Source: Camelus ferus (Eukaryota). Taken from it: DNA of 64,000 bases. The translations under genes and the position numbers were made by a program. Below are positions 23,853 through 35,910 of the stretch, in pieces. Within the stretch, counting starts at the first letter, position 1; every line of letters begins with the position of its first letter. Below the pieces are notes generated by a model. That model was not told the origin of the DNA. It did no database searches and was given only the letters and a program-made list of their open reading frames with translations. The stretch is from positions 9,364,001 to 9,428,000 of the forward strand of contig NC_045696.1 of NCBI RefSeq assembly GCF_009834535.1, written 5' to 3'.

Positions 23853-23869
23853 TCCGCCCTCTAGTGGAG
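23853..23869 (-). promoter_or_regulatory. CTCF motif (CTCCACTAGAGGGCGG on minus strand)
   Basis: Matches the CTCF core CCASYAGRKGGCRS. Confidence 0.6.
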
Positions 23870-25117
23870 CAAACGAGCCAACGAGGTCGCCACAATCAAC
23901 AAAACCTGGTGCCAGAAGTAAGGCTCCTTGAGGAATAAGAACTGAACCCCCCCGTGGGCCTCGTTTTCATATCTTTGTTGGTTTTGTTTATTGTCGTTAC
24001 ACTAGCGCATCCTATGGCACAAACATCACACATCGCACTTCCTGGAAGTCTGTAAAGGAAAAAGGTATCCTAAGGGCAGCAAGGCCTATTTTTAAAAAAG
24101 AAAAATTGAGTATTTTTTTCTTAAAGAAGTAAATGCCCACACAGTTGATAGAATTTTCTAGATGGACTTCGTCTCCACACCCAACCAGTGGTTCAGGCCA
24201 TTTTCCTCCCAGTGGAGCGGAAAGCTATGCTCGCTGTCTGCACTTTATCGGTAAAATGTGTTCATTAGGGTCCTGGGTCCAGGCCACAGAGGGGATTATG
24301 CTCTATCTTGAAATATGCTTCTCCCTCCTCCATAACCTTAGAGCTTAGGGACAATTTCATCCATCACTACACTTAGATCCTGAGAAAATACATTTTAGAT
24401 CTTGCAACTTTGAAACATAGATCTGAACTTTTCAAAAAGCCTACGAATCCAAAATACATTCCCAAGTATGTACAGTATTCATTCTTTTTAACTGTTGTGT
24501 AACAATCAGTGTATTATTAGCTGGATTAGGTGGCTGACCGCCCGTGACCCACGTAGCTTCATCACTGAACCCAACTGCTCTTAGCTTTAAATTCTGGCCC
24601 ACGGCTTAGTTATGCTGATGTTCGTTGTCTCAGTGGGTGGAATCAAGTCAGAAGAAGTACGTGGATGAACAAAATGGAAACTCGCTATTTAGCCTCCTAT
24701 AGGAATTATGCTTTAAAAACTCCAGGGCTATTTTTAATCCGTATTTAATAATATGGCCTGATACCAACTGAACCTTTTCCATAGAAACGAAAAGCTTATT
24801 TCCTTGTAAAATTCTCACAAGGAATTATTACAACAAAGGAACATCTTGTTCTGGAAAGCCAGCTTAATAACGCAGCCTGTTTTTCTATACCCTGGTGGTT
24901 TACGTTCTTGAATGACTGAGAGTATTCCATTTCTTATAGGGACTCCAAAGGGAAAAATAGGTCCACCAAACAGAAGAAGGGGTCGCATGCCCTCTTTTCA
25001 TCTGCACTGCACCCCTCCACTCCCCCTTGGAACCGCCTTAACCCACTCTGCACCTCTCCCCTTGACCATCTTCTCGCCCACCCAGATTTCACCAGCTTAG
25101 AAGAGCCATAAACCACA

Positions 25118-25608
25118 TGTCCCGGTTACCTATCGCCCAAGAACAAGTCACTCCAAATTTAGCAGCCTAAATGGTCTGTTTTATTCTATCTCATGACTTT
25201 GTAAATCAGGAGTTTGGAAAAGGCTTAACTAGATGATCCTTCTGCTCCATGTGACACTGACAAGCTCACTCAGTGGTGTTCAGCTGGTGAATTGGCTGGG
25301 CCCAGGGGTCCGAGACAGCTTCACACACTTGTCTAGTGTCTCGGCAGGGTGGCTGCGGGGCTGAGCTCAGCTGGGATTGTCAAACGGAGCACCTACAGGT
25401 CGTCCTTCCAGCCTGGTGTCCTCAGGGTGGTCAGTCAACAAGGCAGAAGTTACACAGCCTTTTATACTGAAAACCACACAGCATCGCCCCCGCCATATTC
25501 TACTAGTTACCAAGTATCACAAAGGTCAGTCCAGGTTCAGAGGGAGGAGTCAGACCCCACTTCCCAGTGGGAGGAGGGTCAAAGAGTTTGCAGCCATAAC
25601 TCACCACA
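25118..25608 (-). mobile_element. Old MaLR solo LTR (MLT1 H-K-like); about three quarters of it forms the left arm of the inverted duplication
   Basis: TGT...ACA termini; cactccaaatttagcagcctaaa...tctcatgactttgtaaatcaggagtttgg MLT1 motif. Confidence 0.7.
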
Positions 25609-26176
25609 CTCTCTGCTTTCAGGGGGTGCCAAAATGCTCAAATCATTTATTTGTGTCTTTATTTTTATTAACTTTTATTTTTAAACTTTTTTCAATTGAA
25701 GTATGGTTGATTTACAATGTTGTGTTAATTTCTGGTATACAGCATAGTGATTCAGTTATACATATATATTTTCCTTCTCAAATTCTTTTTCATTATAGGT
25801 TATTACAAGGTATTGAATATAGTTCCCTGTGCTCTACAGTAGGACCTTGTTGTTTATCTATTTTACATCTAGTAGTTAGTATCTACAAATCCAGAACTTG
25901 CAATTTATCTCTGCCCACCTTTCCCCCCAACCCGGTAACCATAAGTTTGTTTTCTTTGTCTGTGAGCCTATCTCTGTTCTGTAAATAATTTCATTTATGT
26001 TTTTTTTTTTCCTTTTTTTTAGATTCCACATATAAATGAATCTGTGTCTTTACTAACTTGAGCTGGTTTAAGAAAATTTTAGCAGTGCCTAAAGCAATAG
26101 TTTTTTTTTTTTTTTTAATGTTATCCAGTGGTGAGCAGAGCTGTGTATCCACATGTACTTATTACAGCAAACCTCA
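25251..26176 (+). repeat. Left arm of long inverted repeat (interrupted by L1 25662-26039)
   Basis: Reverse complement of 27224-27754. ORFs 25349+ and 27661- translate nearly identically. Confidence 0.97.
25662..26039 (-). mobile_element. L1 3' end inserted in the left arm of the inverted repeat
   Basis: T-rich tail then ttgaagtatggttgatttacaatgttgtg. TSD at(t/c)tgtgtcttta at 25649-25661 and 26040-26052. The empty site is present in the right arm. Confidence 0.93.
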
Positions 26177-27223
26177 CTCTCTGGAGAGTGACAGAGCAAT
26201 GTCACTTTAATTGCTGCTTTTCATGATGCAAATAATCATAATATAAACGTTAAAATGGCAGTTAACAAAAAAAGTCCCCCTCCCTCTCTCATGTGTCAAT
26301 ACCTCTGAGTGTTCTGAAGCATGGAATTCTCCATTCAGAGAGCTAAATGACACAAAAAAGCCATTGAGTGCAACCCCAAACTTCATCTTGTGTGACCACT
26401 TACGGGAACAGAGTTGAAGGCATCCAGCCTGGATGGAGTTCAAACAAAAGGAACAGCCTTGGAGAAAGATAAAGTCTTTCCAAGATTCTTCAAACTCACC
26501 GTGTCCAAGGCCCTGACACCAAAGGCAACAAAAAAGTGTGAATCTTCCTCATTTACAGGGAAAGCCTGGTGTCTCTGGATCTCCAACAACACCCTTATTC
26601 TGGGCGACCTTTAAAGAACAGGACAGCTGAGATGTAGCTGGCTGTCTTGGACATGCCTGTGGCCATTGTCCTGAGGGCCCCTCAGAACCCCTCGTGTGCC
26701 CCCATGCAGGGAAGAGAACAGTGGCCTCCCTGCCCTGACTCCTCATCCTCAGCTCACTGTGGCTGGAGGTGGGCCGGGGGTCTCGTGGGGGATGGCTGGG
26801 TGCCTGAGCATCTTCCCACCAGACAGCTGCATCCTAGCCCCCAGGAAGGTTAGAAAAATGCGAACATAAAGCCTGGGCAGAATGTGTGCGGGTGTCCGCT
26901 GCCAGCAGCTGGCCACTCTCACCAGGGGTCAGTCTCACTGGCCGGAAGGCAGAATCCCCCAGATTTAAAAAAGGGAACCCAACTCTTGCTTCTCCAGGGC
27001 GACTCTAAACTCGCACATTCCAAAACGAAAAGGGGGCAATGAGTCTGGTATCTACTTAATCAGCACATATTGCTTCTCTTTTGTAAGAATAAATGGCTTC
27101 CTCTTAGAGATCACAAAGAGGTGACTGCAAAAAGGGCATATGAAGCAGCCCAGATCAGGGCTGGAGAGACCCTCTTTGCTGCTGTACTAGAGTTAGGAGA
27201 ATTCTACGGGAATCATATGAAAT

Positions 27224-27754
27224 TGAGGTTTGCTGTATAAGTACTGCTGACACATTGATCTACTTATCACGGAATATAAAAAAAAAAATAACTCCATTGC
27301 TTTAGGCACTGCTAAAATTTTCTTAAACCGGTTCAAGTTAGTAAAGACACAGATCTATATATGAATGATTTGAGCATTTCAGCGCACCCTGAAAGCAGAG
27401 AGTATGGTGGGTTATGGCTGCAAACTCTTTGACCCTCCTCCCACTGGGAAGTGGGTCTGACTCCTCCCTCTGAACCTGGACTGACCTTTGTGATACTCGG
27501 TAACTAGTAGAATATGGCGGGGGCGATGCTGTGTGGTCTTCAGTATAAAAGGCTGTGTAACTTCTGCCTTGTTGACTGACCACCCTGAGGACACCAGGCT
27601 GGAAGGACGACCTGTAGGTGCTCCGTTTGACAATCCCAGCTGAGCTCAGCCCCGCAGCCATCCTGCCGAGACACTAGACAAGTGTGTGAAGCTGTCTTTG
27701 ACCCCCGGGCCCATCCCATTCACCAGCTGAACACCACTGAGTGGCCTGTGTCAC
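27224..27754 (-). repeat. Right arm of long inverted repeat (~530 bp)
   Basis: Reverse complement aligns to 25251-25661 plus 26053-26176. Confidence 0.97.
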
Positions 27755-29289
27755 TCCCCCATTTTGGTCTTCAACTATTTTCCTTACCATAGTCTCCCAC
27801 CATAGAAATAAAAGGTTAAAAAATGATTTTTAACATGCCTTGTACTTTAATAGTTTTTCAATTTTGTGGCTCAGACAAAAGCCAATGTCTGTAAATGCAA
27901 GTCTGACAGCTGAGGCAGTGCTGGCTTAGTTGGAAATAATTTATGGGATTATAAAATTTACATTCTTCCAAATACACCATTAAAACTAACCACCCAGTTC
28001 TTTCCACCCGATATGGTAGCCGTGCTTGTATATTGTCCCCTTCATTCATCCACCCACTGTGCACAGCACAGACTTCCACGCAGAGGGGAGCACAGGAGAA
28101 GGGCGGGGCCCTCGCTGTCGGAGACCTAGAGGCCAAGTCTCTCCTTCTGGCTGTCCACTGTCCAGCCTGCCATCCTGCTCTTCCCACGTGTCCCAGCCAC
28201 CCCCTGAGCTCCCCTTCCTCATGCAGCATTGTAAGTGTTTCCTTCTGGATCATCCTCTAAGGCTGAAGGTTCCGGAAAGGCAGGGGCTGTGTTCCTCACT
28301 GCTTGTCACTGCTGCTCCCCCAGCCCCACACACAGTGCCTGTTGTGTGGTGGGTTCTCAGAAGCATTCACAGTGAGTAGTCTAAGTGGGTCCAAAACACC
28401 ACCTGGTGGATTGAAAGGCTGAAAAGCAGCTTTTACTTCTCCCCATATCAAGAAGCAGCGTTCAGGTGGATGACCAAGTACAGAAGGAAGGAGAAAGAGT
28501 GAGTTGGGGTAGAGTTCAAAAAACTGGTAAAAATGGAGAATTTTTTTTAATCTGATGATTTCTGGCACTCACATGTAAGACTAGACTTTCCCTCCCAGAC
28601 TGAGTAAGTGTATATCAGCACGGTCTCTGTTTCTCTATAGAGCTACCCTCTCCGAAGCTTCAAAATTATCTTTCCAAACTATCTTTGGATATTTGCGTAT
28701 TTCCATCCTCCCTCCCATTAAACATGAGCTACAGGTAGGCTTCCGCAATTCACTGGGCTCAATAGGATTTCTCATCAACCTCTGTATATTTTAGTCAATT
28801 CTTTCAGCAGATGGGATCCCAAAAAGAACCAGGAGACACAGCCTCCGAAACAACACTTTGATGAAGTGATCTTCATCACAGATAATTTCTTTCCACAACG
28901 GTTTTTATTTGTGGGAATAAATGCATTTCGGTCGATGGCAAGCCACGATCAGAGTGATCCATCTTACATTTTCAGGTCGAGCAGTGTGGGTGTGAAATAA
29001 TGCTGCTGTCTATACACTTTAAACTTAGTTTTGAACAGGAATTCTAACAATGTAAGAAAGAGTTTGATCCTGAGAGGATGTGTGCCTGATAAAATGTAAA
29101 CCTGCTAATTAAAAAGAAAGGGCGGAAGGCAAGACTTGAAATACCTAATCCCTCAGGACTTAAGAAGTTAAGAGAATAAAAAGTAAAACAGAGCATTTAA
29201 AGGTTCCAGGAAATGAAGCTGAAGTTTCTAAGAGTGCTAGCACGGCCTGTGCTCTGCTTTCCCAAGTATCCATGACCAGAAATCACCAA

Positions 29290-29665
29290 GACTAAAAGGG
29301 TAAATGACTCCAAGTAGTCAAAAGAGTCCCATAAAAATTTATACAACTCCTGTGACAGACAGATGTCTAATTTCCTTAATATAAAAATCAGGAAGAACAA
29401 GACCAAAGGGCAACTTGAAAAATGAGCAACGGACATAATCAGCCAGGTCACGGAAAAATTGATACCAACGGTTTTTAAATACATAAAAGTAAATTCAGCC
29501 TCATGTGTACTAAAAGAGATGTGAGTTTACTGACAGTGGACATCCTTTTTCACCTCCCAGATTCAAGAAGCTGGGGGATGCACTGAGCGGGCAAAGTTGG
29601 GAAAGCAGAGACCACTCATCTAGTGTCGGGGAGCATTATTTGGTATAAAAAATGTCACTGGGGGT
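29290..29665 (+). mobile_element. Old L1 (L1ME-like) fragment
   Basis: gaaaaatgagcaacggacataatcagccaggtcac...ttaaatacataaaag..ttcagcctca motifs. Confidence 0.65.
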
Positions 29666-30182
29666 AAAAACTCAAAGTTGCATAAGTGCCTTTTTGCTCA
29701 CTTTTTCTTCTGAACCCATAGCCCACACTGAGTTACGCAAATAACATCTCCCCTTCAAGCTCTTGGGAGACCAGACCCCACAGAAGCGGTCTCAGCCTGC
29801 TGGCTCCTGACGGAAGATACATGGAGCGCTTCAGCCTGCTGATCCCCCAGGAGCCCATCCGACCCTGGGCCCGACAGATCCCCGCCCCACGTCCACCCCA
29901 TGGTGACCCACGGGGTGTGACAAAGCTCTGGCGGCTGGATTTGCTGGCTTACTTATGTGGGGGACGTATCTCTGGGTGACAATGCTTACTCAAAGGCCGT
30001 GTGTTTCTCAAGTCCTGCTCCAGCCTCAGTTTTACCTCCATGGAGAATCTAAATGTTATGGCAGATGTAAGTTTTCGAGCTCAGCGGTAGCTGTGTATCA
30101 GTGGTTAAATGTGTGGAGTCCAAAACATAATTTAAGAAATTCTTAAGCCCTGGCCAAAGATAATTCACTGGTCACCTTAAGG

Positions 30183-30299
30183 TTTTTTTTTTTTTTTAAT
30201 TTTACCCCACCCCACCCTTAATGGAGGCACTGGGGATTGAACCCAGGACCTCGTGCATACCAAGCATTCGCTCTACCACTAAGCTATATCCTCCACCTA
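30183..30299 (-). mobile_element. tRNA-derived SINE, vic-1-like
   Basis: tggggattgaacccaggacctcgtgcat...ctctaccactaagctata. TSD taaggtttttt on both sides. Confidence 0.88.
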
Positions 30300-31080
30300 C
30301 CTAAGGTTTTTTAAAGTCGTGTGAAATTTGCCAGGAAATCCTATCTCAGACTGTCCCGCCTGTTAGGCCCTCCCTCCGAGTGCCAGAACCGAACCTGTAA
30401 GCCAGACTTCCTTAGCGACTAAATCCCCGCAGTCGCTAACACCGTTATTTACAGTATTAGCATCTCTTCTGCCATTTGTTGGCACTATGATGGTGTGTTA
30501 TTATGTTGTTATCCTCCATTTTCATGAGTAGAGAAGAAGAGTCTTTCTTACTAAATACATTGCAGGGTTACCCTATAATTTGATGGCAAATAATTAACAC
30601 TTTGAGAAAACAAAACTAAAAATTAGCAATGAGAGGCAGTTAATTTCCCATACAAGAATTCTGGGAGGCCTTCCTGTGGCCTGTCCTATATGTTCCTGGA
30701 TCTTTCACATCCAAGCATACATTCTTACATAGGTACAGAATGAAACAAAATGACAAATTAATAAAATGACAATTCGCACAAAGGTGGGGAATATAAACCA
30801 CCAGGTGGCTTAAATTAGAAGCATATTTTATTATTACATTTTACTGGATTCTATGTCATTATTTTCTGGTATATTTTTAACCTAGATATTTATTTTTTAA
30901 AATAGGAAGAAATGTAAAAGTTAAAAGTTCCCAAATAAAGTGTGAGCTAATTAGTGTAAAACAGTTTTTACCAGGCTATCCTGAAGGCTAGGGGAATGTC
31001 TAGAGCAGCATCGCAGCACTCTCTGTAAAGAACAGTTCTGTGAGTTCTACACTCCAGCCATGGCATCGAAAACCCACTAT

Positions 31081-31601
31081 ATATATAATGGAATACTACT
31101 CATCCATAAAAAATGAAATAATGCCCTTTGCAGCAACATAGATGGACCTGGAGATTATCATTCTAAGTGAAGTAAGCCAGAAAGAGAAAGAAAAATGCCA
31201 TATGATATCACTTATATGTGGACTCTAAAAAAAAAAAAAATACAAAAATGAACTTCTTTACAAAACAGAAACAGTCTCACAGGCATAGAAAACAAACTTA
31301 TAGTTACCAGGGGGAAAGGGGGTGGAAAGGGATAAATTGGAAGTTCCAGATTTGCAGATACTAACTACTACATGTAAAATAGATAAACAACAGGCTTCTT
31401 CACTATAGCACAGGGAACTATATTCAATAACTTGTAGTAACCTACAATGAAAAAGAATATGAAAAGGAATATATATATGCACATGCATGACCGAAGCATT
31501 ATGCTGCACACCAGAAACTGACACAACATTGTAAACTGACTATGCTTCAATAAAAAAAAGGTTTAAAACAAAAGAAAGAAAACATTTTTTAAAAAAGAAA
31601 A
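31081..31601 (+). mobile_element. Young L1 3' end
   Basis: Same 3'UTR family as 9465-10056. TSD gaaaacccac at 31068-31077 and 31602-31611. Confidence 0.93.
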
Positions 31602-32249
31602 GAAAACCCACCATGACACACCTGACATGTTTACAAAACCAGGAGGTCAGATGCTCACTGTGGAACACTGAGGCCAGACAAAATAGAGCCCAAAGAAGGC
31701 AACTCGAAAAGGTTAAATCCAGCAAAGAAATCCTACTCTGAACTAATTTAAGGATTCTTAAATCAAATATTACAAACTCAAAAGATAAAACAGTCTAAAG
31801 GACTTTTGCTTGGTTTTTGCTTTGGGATCTTTTGATTAGAAAAGCTAAGAAGAAAGTGGGATGCTTGAGCAATTCTAAGTGCCCCTCAGGAGCTGTATAA
31901 AGTAGTTGTTTGAAAACCAATCTCACTGTTTGGAGATCCATTTGTTTCCTTAAGGAAAGGAAGAGAACAACTGAGCACCAAACCAATCGTCACAGACAGA
32001 GTCTGGACAAGCCATCCACGGTGTGGCCCTTGCCTCTGCCTCCACAAACTCCTCAGAGCAGAATCTGAGAAAATAACATGCTTCTACTTTTCATGACATC
32101 CTTTTCCCCGGAGTATGGAGGCAATTGGGTACCTAGAGAATCTGCCCTAAAAAAAATTAAACTAAAATGGCAGGGATGGAATGAGAAAGGGATTATTCCT
32201 GTGCAAAATTAATGAAAGTTCATCAAAGCTGAGCAGGAGTAATAGTAAT

Positions 32250-32490
32250 TTACACTTACACCAGGCTTGCTTCAAGTCACTTACTGTTCTAAGTGCTTTA
32301 TACAGTCTCCATCCCGAATCTCCTCAACCACCTCGTGGAGTTGGTGCTATTATTGTTCCCGTTTTATACGTAAGCAGCAAAGGCAAAGAAAGGTTAAGTA
32401 ACTTGCCCCATGTCACACAGCAAGAAAGCAGCAGAGCCAGGATTTGATCCCAGACCCACTGGCTCTAAAATCTGTGCTATTGACCACTAC
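32250..32490 (-). mobile_element. MIR SINE
   Basis: ctgttctaagtgcttta...aggttaagtaacttgccccatgtcacacagc...gagccaggatttgatcccag. Confidence 0.88.
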
Positions 32491-34229
32491 GATATGCTGC
32501 CTCCTAGAGGCAGCCACCCATTCAAACCATCGTGTCCCCGACCTGTGCTCCGCACCAGAGGTAGCACGCAGAGGACAGTGCCATGTGTGAGTGGAGCTTC
32601 AACAGAGGGGAACCCAACCCAAATTAAGGCTAGAAAAATCTCCCCAGAGGAGACGATAGCCATGCTGGATCTTGGACACATAGCAGATAACCAGACAGGG
32701 GACAGGGAGAGGGACGAAGGGGAAGAAACTCGATTCAAGTACAGAATATGCAAAATTTCAGGGCAGAAAAGAATGTGGTTCTCTCAAAGACCGGTATGTA
32801 GTTTAACACCACTGGCAAAGTGGCACCACGGGTGACAAAGGCGGGGGGCACCCAGGCAATTCCAAGGAGACAAGAATCACATCATGCAGAGTCTTGTGAC
32901 CTGGCTAAGAAGTGTGGGTTTATCTGAAATTCTTCAATAAACAACTGAAGATCAAATGATCTTTTATTTCCTAGCTCACTGGCTATTACGAAGGGACTCG
33001 ATCGGAGAGAACAGAGGATAGGTGCAGAGAGACTAGTTAGGTAGCTGTGTTTCCAAGCTGTAACAAGAGGCTAGAACCCTGTAGCCAGGCCACTGGAGAA
33101 AGGGGAAATTTCTTAAACCAGGGAGCAGATGTGGGGCACACACAGCAGCACAGTGTTCAGATTTCCCCCTCCTCCAAATTCCTGAAGACTTCCGGCTCCC
33201 AGTGAGCCTCCTGGGGGTTGTGCCCTCAGGTTATGTCCCAATACATCATCTTAAATTGTCTCAGCATCTTCAAAAGTGCTCAGAAGGGCATCTTCTCACT
33301 AGTGAGGGAACACATACCCTTTCTTCCCAAACTTTCTTGCCACCCAAAGAATTCCTGAAATTCTAATGTTAATCACTTTGGGTTTTTAGGGGGTTTTTTG
33401 TTTTGTTTTGTTTCTTATTAAAATTTGCTTACATTTCTGTCAAGGAGGTTTAGGCCATAACTGGCCTCCATAAGCCTGAAAGTATTTTGGATGGATTATG
33501 ATTCAACTTACAATGCACATTCTTGACCTTATTACCTGCTGCTCTCCCAATCTGGCCAAAGGTCTCTGGGAAGGGCTTTTTCAACAAAGATTCTCCTGTG
33601 AGCTGCCCCTGGACCTTGTTCCTTACTTGTGATGCCTCCTAGGAATGCCTGTTTCAACTCAGAACTTCCTCACTTGTGTCTCTACAGAAACTTTAACAGA
33701 ACCTTTGTTCTCTGAATCTTTGAAGGCTGAACATATGACATAAAAGCAGGTGATGTTTGTCATCAGCTTCTTGTAGTCTTCCAAAATAAATGTTCAAATG
33801 TTCACTAAATATTATAGCAGTGAAATGAACTTCCATTTTCCTCTCAAACCTGCCTTATCGATTCTTCCAAAATGGAAAACCTCTTTGGAGCTGAAAATGT
33901 TGGCCAGCTCTGGGCCTCTGAGATTTGAGTCCAGGATACTGTCTCACATTACAACCTACCTGTTTGCATTTTTTCACTTCAAGTATTAGCATTTCCTTTG
34001 GCAGAAATTGCTTTGAACATCAATAGAGTTTGTTGCTTTTTTTTTTTTTTTTTTTAAGTTCTTTAACAACCTCCTGACTAGAAGAGCCAGTTAGGATTTT
34101 CAGGACAAAGGACAGTGGGATGCCGGACCCCACTTCCCACCAGTCCCACCTCAACCTTTTTGCTTCCAAACCCTCAATTCTTCCTCGTAGCATTCCTTTT
34201 GAAACCCAGGCTGCCCCACCTCCCTCCCG

Positions 34230-35750
34230 CGGACAGACGCGCTTGGTGACAATCAGGACGCCTAGAGTGTGATCCCCGCGTGTCCGTCTAGGATAGGATC
34301 TGAGAAGACCAAGACTAGGCACGGGAGTTGGGGGAAGCGAGACTTACCTTCACGAAGAGGGTGATGTCGTGCTCCTGCCCCGGGGCCCCCTCGTCAGACG
34401 CCTCGCCGTCCTCCCGGCGGCCGTTCACCCGCGCCGGCTCCTCGCCGCGCTCGGCGCTGCCCTCCTCCGCCAGGTGGTTGCTCAGCTCGGCCTCGGGCTC
34501 CGCCGCCCCCGTCGGCGGGGCCACCTCCGCATCCGCGCTGCGGTCGGAGGGCTCCTCCTCGCCCCCGGCAGTGGACTCCTCGCCTGGCCCCTCTGGACCC
34601 GGCTCCCGCCTCTCTCCCTCGGCCTTCTCCGTCTCCTCCCGGGCCCCACCCTGGTCCGCGGCCTCACCGGCGTTTGCCCTCGCGTCCGCGGGGGCCGTTT
34701 CCTCCGACTCTGCTCCCTCCTGGGCCCCCGCCTGCTCCGGGGCGGCCGTCGCTGCACCCCGAGGCTCCCCCGCAAGCTCCCCAGGGCTGCACTCCGCGCT
34801 TTCCGCCGCCGTGGCCTCGGACGCCTCGGCCTGGGGTTGGGGGCTGCCGTCCCCTCCGTCCGGGGGCTCACCCTCGGCCCCGTGTGCCCCTTCTGCCCGC
34901 CCCCCAACCTCCATGCTGTCCCCCACCGCCCCGGGCTCCTCGGGCCCGCGCTCCGCCTCTCCCTTCGCCTCGGGGGCCGCAGTGTCCCCCGGCTCCCCCT
35001 GAGCCTCCCCGGGGGCCTCGCCCTGCGCGCCGCGCCCTGAGCTCGCCTCTTCCACCTGCTCCGCGCCGCTCGCCTGCTCCTCTCCCTCCCGGGCGACCCC
35101 CTCCGCCTCGGCCTCGCCTTGCGCTCCCCTCGCGCCCGGCGGCTCGGCCCCCGGGTCACCGCCCGCGCCCGGCGCCACCTCGCCCGCGCGCCCTCCGTCC
35201 GGCCCCGGGCCTTCTCCTTCCGTCACCGCGGCGGTCCCGGCTGCATCCGCCCCCTCTCCCCTCGGCGCCTCCGCCGCGCCGTCGCTCGCCTCCTCCCCCT
35301 GCACCTCCGGGCCGGCAGCCCCCGGCTCGCCCCGTCTCTCCTCCTGCAGCGCCGGCTCCTGGGCCGGGCTCTGGGGACCCGGGGCGCCCCTCTCCGGCTC
35401 CCCGGCCTCGGCCATGGCCGCAGAGCCCTGTCTTTGACCAGAGATCCTTCCTTGACGCTGCTGAGGAGGCAGGTGGCGCTGGGCGAAGGGCGCGGTGCCG
35501 GGGACCACTGCGCCCCCTCCGAGAGGACCGCTGCTCCGGGCTCTGGCGGCGCCGGGGCGGTGCGCTGGTCGCGCGGGGCGAAATCCTCTCGCCCCAAGAC
35601 ACGGCGGCCCTTACCCTGAGTTTAAGCTCTCTGAGGTCTTCTTCCACTTCTCGTGCTTCTCCCTGGTTCCGCGTCTGCTTACCACCTGGACCCTAATTCT
35701 GACCTTGGTTCCCTGGAAATGCACCCGCGGAGGTGAGCGTGTGGCTGGGG
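34230..35750. promoter_or_regulatory. CpG island covering the CLIC6 promoter, 5' UTR and exon 1
   Basis: Very high GC content and dense CG dinucleotides over ~1.5 kb, in sharp contrast to the flanks. Confidence 0.93.
34348..35415 (-). CDS. CLIC6: CLIC6 coding exon 1 (356 aa acidic, Glu/Gly/Ala/Pro-rich N-terminal extension ending ...QEHDITLFVK)
   Basis: ATG at 35415 in strong Kozak context (GCGGCCATGG). Translation MAEAGEPE...ELSNHLAEEG...RVNGRREDGEAS...GQEHDITLFVK resembles the CLIC6 N-terminus. Ends at the consensus phase-0 donor AAG|GTAAGT (34348/34347). Confidence 0.96.
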
Positions 35751-35910
35751 AGGGCCACTTAGCTCCTACACTCCTTGAAGTGCCTGCTCCACGATCCACG
35801 AGCTGACCAGAAGTCCCAGGTGCCAACTCCATCCCCTGGGGGCTTGGGCGGGGTTTGCATCCCCCGCCTTTCCCCTTATTTGGGTGGCCTGAAATCCTAG
35901 CCAATGACGG
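35610..35910 (-). promoter_or_regulatory. Candidate CLIC6 proximal promoter: TATA-like TTAAA (35621-35625, minus), GC box GGGCGGGG (35846-35853), CCAAT box AGCCAATGA (35899-35907)
   Basis: Motif matches 200-500 bp upstream of the ATG at the island edge. The TSS cannot be determined from sequence. Confidence 0.5.

Noticed and set aside
25349..27661. Pair of nearly identical ORFs on opposite strands (MAAGLSSAGIVK...)
   Set aside because: A by-product of the inverted duplication of LTR-derived DNA. A 1-bp indel changes frame between the copies and the left copy lacks the ATG.
30412..30439. Perfect 9-bp inverted repeat ttagcgact-N10-agtcgctaa
   Set aside because: Too short to be significant alone. 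Possibly a DNA-transposon remnant, and not a terminator in this context.
8054..34347. Short alternative coding segment between exons 1 and 2, recalled from a longer human isoform
   Set aside because: I could not locate a convincing counterpart by eye. This needs TBLASTN or RNA-seq.
35416..35508. In-frame 31-codon extension from a GTG upstream of the CLIC6 ATG
   Set aside because: The ATG at 35415 has a strong Kozak context and gives the expected MAEA- start. There is no evidence for non-AUG initiation.
34328..35806. Several long overlapping ORFs on both strands across exon 1 (224, 223, 225 and 340 aa etc.)
   Set aside because: Expected from stop-codon scarcity in a very GC-rich CpG island. 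The translations are Pro/Arg/Ala low-complexity with no recognisable family.
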